The translations under genes were made by a program, and so were the position numbers. This document shows, one piece after another, positions 50,085-62,000 of a stretch of DNA of 64,000 nucleotides. The DNA lies in the NCBI RefSeq assembly GCF_039654945.1, contig NW_027361731.1:31868001-31932000 (forward strand), given 5' to 3'. The DNA comes from Dendrobates tinctorius. Taxonomy: Eukaryota. The notes below the pieces were generated by a model. The model ran no database searches. It saw only the letters and a list, made by a program, of their open reading frames with translations, and was not told where the DNA came from. How positions within the stretch are numbered: position 1 is the stretch's first letter; every line of letters starts with the position of its first letter.

Positions 50085-50630
50085 AGCTCGCGGACCAGGA
50101 GGAGGACAGGGGAGTACGTCACTGAGGTCTGGGAGGAAAGACATTGGGTAGAGTGGGCGGGGCTAGCTGACGGGAGGTGTCAAGGAAGAAGGCGGGGCAT
50201 GGAGCTGAGCTGACAGTGGGCGGTCCTAGCCATGGCTCCGCCCAGCGCTGACGTCAGGCTGCTCCCAGCGGTGGCGGCGGCGGTGTCGGCTCCGGCCAGG
50301 GCAGCAGTCAGGCCGCGGACATGGAGCTGGAGGAGGGCGGCCTGGTGTACCAGGAGGAGGCGGGCGGCGCGGCGGGGGCCGTCATGTCGGATCGGGTGTC
50401 CGGCCTCGCCGCCTCCATCTACCGGGAGCTGGAGCGGCTGATCGGCCGCTATGAGGAGGACGCGGTGAAGCAGCTGATGCCGCTGGTGGTGGCCGTGCTG
50501 GAGAACCTGGAAGCCGTGTGCGCCGAGAACCAGGAGCATGAGGTGGAGCTGGAGCTGCTACGGGAGGACAACGAGCAACTGCTCACCCAGTACGAGCGGG
50601 AGAAGGCGCTGAGGAAGCACGCGGAGGAGG
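50085..50630 (+). promoter_or_regulatory. CpG island / probable SPAG9 promoter and 5' UTR
   Basis: High CpG density, GC box GGGCGGGG at 50155-50162, palindromic CRE TGACGTCA at 50249-50256. Confidence 0.7.
50321..50629 (+). CDS. SPAG9: JNK-interacting protein 4 (JIP4/JLP), first coding exon (RH1 domain, 103 aa)
   Basis: [78 protein letters not shown] and RKHAEE match SPAG9 rather than MAPK8IP3. Phase-0 donor GAG|GTGAGG at 50630. Confidence 0.9.
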
Positions 50631-50631
50631 T

Positions 50632-52150
50632 GAGGGGACCCCCAGTGCTGCCCCCCGGAGAGGGGACCCCCACCAGTAACTGCTGCCCCCCCGGAGAGAG
50701 GGGACCCCCCACCAGTACTGCCCCCCCCGGAGAGAGGGGACCCCCCACCAGTACTGCCCCCCCTGGAGAGAGGGGACCCCCTACCAGTATTGCCCCCCCC
50801 CCCCCCACCAGTACTGCCCCCCCGGAGAGAGGGGACCCCCCACCAGCACTGCCCCCCCCCCCCGGAGAGAGGGGACCCCCCACCAGCACTGCCCCCCCCC
50901 CCCCCCGGAGAGAGGGGACCCCCCACCAGCACTGCCCCCCCCCCCCGGAGAGAGGGGACCCCCCACCAGCACTGCCCCCCCCCCGGAGAGAGGGGACCCC
51001 CCACCAGTACTGCCCCCCCCCCCCGGAGAGAGGGGACCCCCACCAGTACTGACCCCCACCAGTACTGCCCCCCCCCCCGGAGAGAGGGGACCCCCCACCA
51101 GTACCGCCCCCCCCCCGGAGAGAGGGGACCCCCCACCAGTACTGCCCCGCCCCCCCGGAGAGAGGGGACCCCCCACCAGTACTCCCCCCCGGAGAGAGGG
51201 GACCCCCCACCAGTACTGCCCCGCCCCCCCCGGAGAGAGGGGACCCCCCACCAGTACTGCCTCCCGGAGAGGGGGACCCCACCAGTGCTGACCCCCCGGA
51301 GAGGGGACCCCACCAGTAACTGCCCCCCCCCCGGGGAGAGGGGACCCCCCACCAGCACTGCCCCCCCCGGAGAGAGGGGACCCCCCACCAGCACTGCCCC
51401 CCCCCCCGGAGAGAGGGGACCCCCCACCAGCACTGCCCCCCCCCGGAGAGAGGGGACCCCCCACCAGCACTGCCCCCCCCCCGGAGAGAGGGGACCCCCC
51501 ACCAGTACTGCCCCCCCCCGGAGAGAGGGGACCCCCACCAGTACTGCCCCCCCCCGGAGAGAGGGGACCCCCCACCAGTACTGCCCCCCCCCCCCCGGAG
51601 AGAGGGGACCCCCCACCAGTACTGCCCCCCCCCCCCCGGAGAGAGGGGACCCCCCACCAGTACTGCCCCCCCCCCCGGAGAGAGGGGACCCCCCACCAGT
51701 ACTGCCCCGCCCCCCCCGGAGAGAGGGGACCCCCCACCAGTACTGCCCCGCCCCCCCGGAGAGAGGGGACCCCCCACCAGTACTCCCCCCCCCCCCCCCC
51801 CCGGAGAGAGGGGACCCCCCACCAGTACTGCCCCGCCCCCCCCGGAGAGAGGGGACCCCCCACCAGTACTGCCCCCCCCCCCCCCGGAGAGAGGGGACCC
51901 CCCACCAGTACTGCCCCCCCCGGAGAGAGGGGACCCCCCACCAGTACTGCCCCCCGGAGAGGGGACCCCCCACCAGTACTGCCCCCCGGAGAGGGGACCC
52001 CCAGTGCTGCCCCCTACAGAGGGGTACCCCCCCCCCCCCCCGGAGAGAGGGGACCCCCCACCAGTACTGCCCCCCGGAGAGGGGACCCCCCACCAGTACT
52101 GCCCCCCGGAGAGGGGACCCCCAGTGCTGCCCCCCCCCCCCCCGAGAGAT
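50632..52150. repeat. C-rich ~35-45-bp minisatellite at the start of intron 1
   Basis: Unit (c)n-ggagagaggggaccccccaccagtactg. Confidence 0.93.
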
Positions 52151-52884
52151 GACCCCCATTGGGGACAGGTGCACTTACTGGGGACCCCCATTATTGGCGA
52201 CAGGTGCACTTACTGTGGTCCTCCATTATTGGGGGGCTGGTGGATCTTGTGGTCCTAGTGCATTGTGGCAGGCCGGAGGACCCTCTTGGTGGCCCCTGTT
52301 GATTCGGCTCTGAGGTCCAGGTTGTCGCTTGTGTTGGGGGCTTCCTGCTCGGACGTTGCCTTCTTCTCGGGACCCCCGGTCTGTGCGTGCAGTGATTTGG
52401 GCACATGGGCCGCTTACATCCTCTGTGCTGCTGTGGTGACAAGGACAATGGCTTTACTCAATGTAATCTGTAATATGGCTGCACTCTGCCTCCGGTGGGG
52501 GAGGGTAAGGGGGCGATTTATGGGAGCAAACTTGGCGCAGACCACCTTATCAATTAAAGGATCAGTACAGGAAACACAACCCCCATCATCCCACCGGCAG
52601 GCGAGCGTGGGAAGGACTTCCTAAGGAAATCCAGCCCTCCGCACATTCCCCGATCCGCTCATCACAAGACTGTTCAGGAATGGCTGATAACAGGGAGCAA
52701 TAGATTGCACTGTAAACTGGGGAGGGGATGAGGAAGATGGTGATGGAGACGTAGAGATGAGATGTGATTGGCCGGAGGGGCGCTCTGACCACACATGAGT
52801 GCATTCTGGCCATCTGATGCCCCCAAAATCACAACCTAAAGTGGGCAAACGCCTAATGAGTCACACAAGAGCCAAGCTGGCGTC

Positions 52885-53165
52885 AGGGTGGGTGCTCCCG
52901 GGAGGGTGGGCACAGGGCAGGGAAGGCGCTGGTCTGGGTGGGCGCCCCCGGGCAGGGTGGGCACGGGACTGGGTGGGCGCCCCTGGGCAGGGTGGGCACG
53001 GGACTGGGTGGGCGCCCCTGGGCAGGGTGGGCACGGGACTGGGTGGGCGCCCCCGGGCAGGGTGGGCACGGGACTGGGTGGGCGCCCCCGGGCAGGGTGG
53101 GCACGGGTCTGGGTGGGGGCGGGTGTGGGTGAGCGCCCCTGGCAGGGTGGGCACGGGTCTGGCTG
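52885..53165. repeat. G-rich 35-bp minisatellite
   Basis: Unit gggtgggcgcccc(c/t)gggcagggtgggcacgggact. Confidence 0.9.
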
Positions 53166-53665
53166 TGCCCCCCCCTGGGTTGCGCTGTGCTCTTCCCCCC
53201 CCCCCCCCCCCCCCGGGTTGCGCTGTGCTCCCCCCCCCCCTCTGGGTTGCGCTGTGCTCCCCCCCCCCCCCCCCGGGTTGCACTGTGCTCCCCCCCCCCC
53301 CCCGGGTTGCGCTGTGCTCCCCCCCCCCCCCCCTGGGTTGCGCTGTGCTCCCCCCCCCCCCCCTGGGTTGCGTTGTGCTCCCCCCCCCCCCCCTGGGTTG
53401 CGCTGTGCTCCCCCCCCCCCCCCCTGGGTTGCGCTGTGCTCCCCCCCCCCCCCCCCTGGGTTGCGCTGTGCTCCCCCTCCCCCCCCCCCCCCTGGGTTGC
53501 GCTGTGCTCCCCCCCCCTGGGTTGCGCTGTGCTCCCCCCCCCGGGTTGCGCTGTGCTCCCCCCCCCCCCTGGGTTGCGCTGTGCTCCCCCCCCCCCCCTG
53601 GGTTGCGCTGTGCTCCCCCCCCCCCTGGGTTGCGCTGTGCTTCCCCCCTGGGTTGCGCTGTGCTC
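53165..53665. repeat. C-rich ~30-bp minisatellite
   Basis: Unit (c)n-tgggttgcgctgtgct. Confidence 0.9.
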
Positions 53666-53720
53666 TGCTTGCTGTCAGTGAATACTAACATGCTGCATTA
53701 CAGTTGCTGAGGGTTTGTTA

Positions 53721-54369
53721 AGGCCCCGTCACACTAAGCGATCTCGGTAACGATATTGCTGGTGAGTCACAACTTTTGTGACATAACAGTGATCTCACCA
53801 GCGAGATTGCTGTGTGACAGCGATCAGCGAGCGGCCCCCCTGCCGGTATCGCTGATCGCTGGAAGAAACCTCTGGACATTTCTTTGGTCGCTGGTCTCCC
53901 GCTGGCCAGCACGCATCGCTGTGTGTGACAGGCGGGAGACCAGCGATCAGGTGTAAAAAATAATTAAAAAAATAGTTATTCTCACCTTCCGACGTCGTGT
54001 TCAGCCATCCTGCCTCTCTCCACGCTCCGGTCCCAGTGATCCTTTGCATGAATGACCACGAGACTTTGTTATCCCGTGAGACCGTGACATCTCCCGGTCA
54101 TTCGTGCAAAGGATCACTGGGACCGGAGCGTGGAGAGAGGCGGGAAGGCTGAACGGGACGTCGGAAGGTGAGAATAACTATATTTTTTATTTTGATACTA
54201 TTTTCTACAGCGATAGCCAGCGATGCCGGGCGCTCGGCATCACTGTGCTGATCGCTGGTGAAGCTCTGTGTGACAGCTCACCAGTGATCACATAGTGACT
54301 TACCAGCGATCCTGACACCTTCATATCGGTGTCGGGATCGCTGGTGAGTCGCTTAGTGTGACGGGGCCT
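53721..54369. mobile_element. PIF/Harbinger-type MITE (649 bp, long palindrome)
   Basis: TIRs AGGCCCCGTCACACTAAGCGA, TTA TSD (53718-53720 / 54370-54372), internal inverted arms, many AGCGAT/ATCGCT motifs. Confidence 0.9.
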
Positions 54370-54939
54370 TTACATTGTGTCCCTTGGGCTCGTTCAGGAC
54401 AGATGCCTTCAGCTCACAGTATTGTCTGGACTGGATACAATGTAACAGACCCTCAGCTGTGACAGTCGGTTTCCAGCACAGTGTATAAATGTTGCTTTTC
54501 ACTGCCAGAAAGCAGAGATGTGGTGAAGCATTTTGGAAACTGGCTGAGCTTTTTATTGCACAGCGCTGAAGATTTATGGCAATAAGTCTGTACCGGCCCT
54601 TTAATTATCACTTGCTGTCCAATCATTCTGCACTTTGCCTGGTGACTCATGTGGGATCTGTCACCTCGCTGACCAGTCACCCCGACTCCACCCGAGGCCT
54701 CTCCCCACATCTCCAGGTCTGCGCTGTGCACGGCCTGTGATCTGCCTTGTGTTAGAGCTGAGCCAGTGCCAGAGCCGCGTCCTGCACGTGATTCCTGATG
54801 TGGCACTGACGCCGGGCGCTGTCACAGCTGCAGATCAGAGATAGGCGAGGAAGTCACCAGTGGGAGAGACTGGGGGGAGCAACGGTTCAGAGAAGTGACG
54901 GATAATCAGCGGTTCTACAAAGTTCTGTGCTTCCACATA

Positions 54940-56545
54940 CAGTGGGGCAAAAAAGTATTTAGTCAGTCAGCAATAGTGCAAGTTCCACCACTTAAAAAGA
55001 TGAGAGGCGTCTGTAATTTACATCATAGGTAGACCTCAACTATGGGAGACAAACTGAGAAAAAAAAATCCAGAAAATCACATTGTCTGTTTTTTTTTCAT
55101 TTTATTTGCATATTATGGTGGAAAATAAGTATTTGGTCAGAAACAAAATTTCATCTCAATACTTTGTGATATATCCTTTGTTGGCAATGACAGAGGTCAA
55201 ACGTTTTCTGTAAGTCTTCACAAGGTTGCCACACACTGTTGTTGGTATGTTGGCCCATTCCTCCATGCAGATCTCCTCTAGAGCAGTGATGTTTTGGGCT
55301 TTTCGCTTGGCAACACGGACTTACAACTCCCTCCAAAGGTTTTCTATAGGGTTGAGATCTGGAGACTGGCTAGGCCACTCCAGGACCTTGAAATGCTTCT
55401 TACGAAGCCACTCCTTCGTTGCCCTGGCGGTGTGCTTTGGATCATTGTCATGTTGAAAGACCCAGCCACGTTTCATCTTCAATGCCCTTGCTGATGGAAG
55501 GAGGTCTGCACTCAAAATCTCACGATACATGGCCCCATTCATTCTTTCATGTACCCGGATCAGTCGTCCTGGCCCCTTTGCAGAGAAACAGCCCCAAAGC
55601 ATGATGTTTCCACCACCATGCTTTACAGTAGGTATGGTGTTTGATGGATGCAACTCAGTATTCTTTTTCCTCCAAACACGACAAGTTGTGTTTCTACCAA
55701 ACAGTTCCAGTTTGGTTTCATCAGACCATAGGACATTCTCCCAAAACTCCTCTGGATCATCCAAATGCTCTCTAGCAAGCTTCAGACGGGCCCGGACATG
55801 TACAGGCTTAAGCAGTGGGACACGTCTGGCACTGCAGGATCTGAGTCCATGGTGGCGTAGTGTGTTACTTATGGTAGGCCTTGTTACATTGGTCCCAGCT
55901 CTCTGCAGTTCATTCACTAGGTCCCCCTGCATGGTTCTGGGATTTTTGCTCACCGTTCTTGTGATCATTCTGACCCCACGGGGTGGGATTTTGCGTGGAG
56001 CACCAGATCGAGGGAGATTATCAGTGGTCTTGTATGTCTTCCATTTTCTAATTATTGCTCCCACAGTTGATTTCTTCACTCCAAGCTGGTTGGCTATTGC
56101 AGATTCAGTCTTCCCAGCCTGGTGCAGGGCTACAATTTTGTTTCTGGTGTCCCTTGACAGCTCTTTGGTCTTCACCATAGTGGAGTTTGGAGTCAGACTG
56201 TTTGAGGATGTGCACAGGTGTCTTTTTATACTGATAACAAGTTTAAACAGGTGCCATTACTACAGGTAATGAGTGGAGGAAAGAGGAGACTCTTAAAGAA
56301 GAAGTTACAGGTCTGTGAGAGCCAGAAATCTTGATTGCTTGTTTCTGACCAAATACTTATTTTCCACCATAATATGCAAATAAAATGAAAAAAAACAGAC
56401 AATGTGATTTTCTGGATTTTTTTTTTCTCAGTTTGTCTCCCATAGTTGAGGTCTACCTATGATGTAAATTACAGATGCCTCTCATCTTTTTAAGTGGTGG
56501 AACTTGCACTATTGCTGACTGACTAAATACTTTTTTTCCCCACTG
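54940..56545 (-). mobile_element. Full-length Tc1-family (DD34E) transposon, 1606 bp
   Basis: ~205-bp TIRs starting CAGTGGGG and TA TSD (54938-54939 / 56546-56547). Confidence 0.97.
55156..56178 (-). pseudogene. Tc1 transposase, 340 codons, single in-frame TAA at 55321-55323
   Basis: Paired-like HTH, SDETK, QHDND-(34)-NPIENLW. The frame continues after the stop as [19 protein letters not shown]. Confidence 0.93.
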
Positions 56546-57838
56546 TACATTACATTACTGATCCTGAGTTACATCCTGTATTATACCCCAGAGCTACACT
56601 CACTATTCTGCTTGTGCAGTCACTGTGTACATACATTACATTACTGATCCTGAGTTACATACTGTATTATACCCCAGAGCTGCACTCGCTATTCTGCTGG
56701 AGCAGTCACTGTGTACATACATTACTGATCCTGTGTTACATCCTGTATTATACTCCAGAGCTGCATTCACTATTCTTCTGGTGCAGTCACTATGTACATA
56801 CATTACATTATTGATCCTGTGTTAAATCCTGTATTATACTCCAGAGCTGCACTCGCTATTCTCCTGGTGCAGTCACTGTGTACATACATTACTGATCCAG
56901 AGTTACCTCCTGTATTATACTCCAGAGCTGCACTCACTATTCTGTTGCTGCAGTCACTGTGTACATACATTACTGATCCTGAGTTACATCCTGTATTATA
57001 CCCCAGAGCTGCACTCACTATTCTCCTGGTGCAGTCACTGTGTACATGCATACATTACCGATCCTGAGTTACATCCTGTATTATACCCCAGAGCTGCACT
57101 CACTATTCTGCTGGTGCAGTCACTATGTACATACATTACATTACTGATCCTGTGTTACATCCTGTATTATACTCCAGAGCTGCACTCACTATAATGCTGG
57201 TGCAGTCACTATGTACATACATTACATTACTGATCCTGTGTTACATCCTGTATTATACTCCAGAGCTGCATTCACTATTCTTCTGGTGCAGTCACTATGT
57301 ACATACATTACATTATTGATCCTGTGTTAAATCCTGTATTATACTCCAGAGCTGCACTCGCTATTCTCCTGGTGCAGTCACTGTGTACATACATTACTGA
57401 TCCAGAGTTACCTCCTGTATTATACTCCAGAGCTGCACTCACTATTCTGTTGCTGCAGTCACTGTGTACATACATTACTGATCCTGAGTTACATCCTGTA
57501 TTATACCCCAGAGCTGCACTCACTATTCTCCTGGTGCAGTCACTGTGTACATGCATACATTACCAATCCTGAGTTACATCCTGTATTATACCCCAGAGCT
57601 GCACTCACTATTCTGCTGGTGCAGTCACTATGTACATACATTACATTACTGATCCTGTGTTACATCCTGTATTATACTCCAGAGCTGCACTCACTATTCT
57701 CCTGGTGCAGTCACTGTGTACATACATTACTGATCCTGAGTTACCTCCTGTATTATACTCCAGAGCTGCACTCACTATTCTGCTGGTGCAGTCACTATGT
57801 ACATACATTACATTACTGATCCTGTGTTACATCCTGTA
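56546..57838. repeat. 79-84-bp satellite with a 505-bp higher-order duplication
   Basis: Unit tacattactgatcctgagttacatcctgtattatactccagagctgcactcactattctgctggtgcagtcactgtgtaca. Near-identical ORFs at 56792 and 57297. Confidence 0.95.
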
Positions 57839-59072
57839 GCTCTTTTTTATTATAAAAGTATCAAAACACAATACATAACAGACTACATAATACAAAACAC
57901 AATACATAGCAGACAAACAATGCTCCCGACATAAATATTTGTGCAAACCTCGCAATTTTACCTGATCCCCCAGGCTTTCCAGCCTAGAGGGCCCCAGCAG
58001 GATCCCTCCACCCCTATACAACTTGAAATAAAGAAACCCCTATGTAACACATTCATCCCCTACGCACACCCTTTCACACTCCATTCGCGCTTTGCACCCA
58101 TACCTATATACAAGTAATAAAGAAAAAAAACCATATTCCGGCCCTTCTGCCTTAAAAAAAAACCATAGCCACTTATACTGGCAAAACCCCAGCATCAGCC
58201 TAACACCTCTACGAAAATTTTTTTTTTTTTTTTTAAATTTTAATAATTTTTTTTTCCTTTTTTTTTTTTTTTTTTATTTATCATCCCCCCACCACACCCA
58301 AGGTCCAAAAGTCCATGGCCCATTACACGAAACACACAAGGTCCATCAATGTTCATGGCCTATCACATCTATCTCTTGGCAAAAACAGTTTATGCTCCAA
58401 GAGGAAAACCCTCACCCGGCTCCACCCAAAACCTATGCTATTTACCACGTGGTGCATTCTTCTTTTCCTTTCCACGATTTGTCCATCCACTTTCCCTTCA
58501 GATAAAGGTCCTCTTTTCCCATTCTCACCCCCCATTCACCCCCCTCCCAACCTCACTACACCCTCCCATGCACTCCTAACTAAAACAAAAGAAAGTATGT
58601 ATAATACACAAAAATACAAATATACAATATATATCTACATATACACCACATAACATTATTACCATATTTGTTTTGGCTTGCCACCACACACTTTCCTTTG
58701 CAGACCCAAGATCAGTGCCTGCAAGCCCAATATCCATTAATGCTCTATGTTTCCAAAACAAAAGTCTAGAGTGGCATGCTTTAGCCCACCACCAGGAAAA
58801 GGAGTTCTCGAGGCCCCGTCCCTCACTAACTCATTCACCCTGTCCCTCAACAACTAAGACTGTCCCTGCTTCTGTCCCTAAAGAAACTGTCCCTATCTGT
58901 CCCTTCCTGTCCCTACTCCACCTAACTTAATATAACTAACTTTCTATCTGTCCCTCAGTGCCTGTCCCTCCCTGTCCCTATCTGCCCCTACTTCTGTCCC
59001 TAGCACACCCAGTGAAACTTATGCTATCCCTACCCTCATTCACACGGAGCTAGCTCTCCCTTGAGTGCGTTT

Positions 59073-62000
59073 TTAAAAGGAGAGGCCTCTCCAAAGCCAA
59101 GAGGCCTTCCTCACACCCAACCTTTCGAACTCCAAAGAACGGACCTTCACCAGGTCACCCAAGATGTTTCCTACCACCTCATCCCTTGGGAGGGTTTTTT
59201 TCCGCGTCGAAACTAGGCACCGTGCATTCCAAGTGTAGAACCTAACCACTACACTGACTAGAAATAAAGTGCACGGGTCCCGGCCACCCAGGGATCTGAA
59301 CGCTCCATAAACCCACTCGGCGTAGGAGAGGGACGCCAGCCGCGGCCAACGTATGGAAGCACCCACCCTGTTGTACACCTCTGCATTAAAGGGACACTGA
59401 AGCAGGAAGTGCTCCATGCTTTCCAGCACGTCGCCACACTCCTCACGGGGACAACCCCGATCATCGGATTTCCTGCACTTCAGGTTATCCTTTACATACA
59501 GCCTCCCGTGGAAGCAACGCCAGGTCAAGTCCCAAAACTTCATGGGGATCCGCTTAGAATTTAAAAGCCCCAGCCCGACCTCCAGATCCCGGCCTGGGCA
59601 ATCCTTAAGGGCCAGGGGCTTCTGGAAATGGGTCAACAGGACCCTCCTGTCAAGGCATTGCCTCGACATGGTCCTGATTTCCCACATTCCCAGACCCCAC
59701 CGGCGGATCACCTTCAGAACCGGGGTAGCGTAAGCCGGGAGATGCCCATGAGGTGTGCGTAGGTCCTTCACCTGCCCTCCTGTCTCCCATTCCTGGAAGA
59801 AAGGCCAAAGCCAACCCTTGCAGGAGACTACCCACGGAGGAGCCCTCTCTAGCCAGAGGTTGGAGATGTTAGTCTTAAGAAAGGTGTTTACTAGAAACAC
59901 CACCGGGTTGACCATACCCAACCCGCCTAGTCTCCTCGTACGGTATGTAACCTCCCTCTTGATTAGGTTAAGCCTATTCCCCCATAACAATTGGAAGAAC
60001 AGGCTATAGACCCGTGTCCAGAGAGGTTCCGGCAAGATGCACACACTGCCCAGGTATATTAATAAAGGTAGCAGAAAGCCTTTAGCCAGGGCAACCCTTT
60101 CCCTCAGGGTTAAAGACCAACCCTTCCATTGGTCCACCTTTTGGGCAGCGATCTTAAGTCTGCCCTCCCAATTTTGCTGGGGGTAATCCCCGGGGCCAAA
60201 TTCGATGCCTAGAATTTTGGCGGTGGCCTGGGGCCCTGGAAGGGTGTCCGGGAGATCAAACCTGGGATCTCCCCCTCTCAGCCAGAGACTTTCACACTTA
60301 TCCCGGTTGATCATGGACCCGGATGCCTCCGAGTAGCGCACTACCTCCGACATGACCCAATCCGCCTCCCTTCTCGAGGACACGAAAAGGGAAACATCAT
60401 CGGCATACGCCACCACCCTCAGAGAGGACCCAGAGCCCGCCTGGTCCATCCCGACTCCCGCCAACGGTCCACGATCTACCCTCCTTAGGAAGGGATCGAT
60501 CGCGAACACGTATAAAAGCGGGCTCAGCGGACAGCCCTGACGGACCCCAGAACCCACCTCAAAAGGGCGACCTGACCAACCGTTCACCAGCGGAAAAGTC
60601 TCAGCCCCTTGGTACAAGATCTCTAACCATTTTACAAACCTCCCAGGCAGACCATACCTCAAAAGGACGGACCAGAGGTACTCGTGGTTGACCCGGTCAA
60701 AGGCTTTCGCTTGATCTAATGACAGCAAGTACCCCCTCCAGTGACCTGCCCTACCCTGCTCCACTGCCTCTCGGACACCGAGCACAGCACTAAAAGTACT
60801 GCGGCCCGGAACAGAGCAATGCTGGGCCCCTGAAAGGAGCCGGGGTGCAAACTTCACCAGCCGATTAAACAGCACCTTGGCCAGAACCTTCCGGTCCGTA
60901 TCGAGAAGCGCTATGGGACGCCAATTCTCGATACGGGACGGATCCTTACCCTTTGACAGAATAATGAGGGCTGACTTCCTCATTGAGTCGGGAAGAGTGC
61001 CCGAGGAGAGACACTCATTAAATACCCCTGTCAAGAGGGGGACCAAGGAGTCCCTAAAAGTCTTATAGAACTCGGATGTTAAGCCATCCGGACCTGGCGA
61101 TTTCTTGGGCCGAAGCCCATCAATGGCCAGTCTCACTTCCTCTTCCCTGATTTCCTCTGCCAAAACACCAAGAGAGGGATCACCCCCTGGCTCAGGGACG
61201 GTTTCAGCCAGGAAAGCCGACATCCTGTCCCGATCCAGATCCTTCTTTTCCAAGAGGTGTGAGTAGAAGGATCTGACCACCTCCAGGATCCCTGATTTGG
61301 ATCTGTTCAGGGACCCCGTACTGTCGATCAGTCCTGTCACCATCTTACAATTCACTGACATCTTACAGTTTCTGTAAGGGTCGGGTGAGCGGTACTTCCC
61401 GAAGTCCCTCTCAAAAACTAAAGATGTGTGTCTATCATACTGACACCTCTTGAGCAAAGATTTCACTCTGGAGATTTCCTCACGGTCACCTCCAGTCGAG
61501 ACAAGCTGCTCGAGTTTCCTCCCCAGGGCCTGGTACAAGCGGTGCCTGTTCAGACTCCTGAGGCTCGAGAGCTGACGGAAGAACCCCGCCACCCGCTTTT
61601 TGAAGATCTCCCACCACTCTGACTTACCACTACAGAGATCCAACAGCGGTACCTGGCTCTGAAGAAAGTCCTCGAAGGATTGTCTCACCTCCGCTTCTTC
61701 CAGCAGGGACGAATTGAGCTTCCACAGCCCTCTTCCCATCCGATGAGTCTCTGCAACATTCAGAGAAAAGAAAATTAGACAGTGATCGGAGAACTCCACC
61801 TCAACGGCGGACACAGCAGAAAAGATGGCGTCCTCCTTCAAAAAAAACCTGTCTATTCTAGACCTACAGCTACCCCTATGGTAGGTGAAACCTCCGTGAC
61901 CTGGGGTGTGCCGGATGTGGACATCCACCAGGCGAGCTTCGCTGGCTATGCTATTCAACGCGACGCTATCATAAGCCAGGCGATCTCCGGGACCCCCCCG

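Noticed and set aside
42449-50144. Long Ser/Pro/Leu or Arg/Glu/Gly ORFs
   Set aside because: These come from low-complexity purine/pyrimidine tracts, and some span N-gaps.
50321-50629. MAPK8IP3 (JIP3) assignment
   Set aside because: [15 protein letters not shown] is JIP3-like, but the N-terminus, [13 protein letters not shown] and RKHAEE favour SPAG9.
50630-53710. Collagen-like or Pro/Gly-rich ORFs extending SPAG9
   Set aside because: They lie after a canonical donor at the end of homology and come from variable homopolymer VNTRs.
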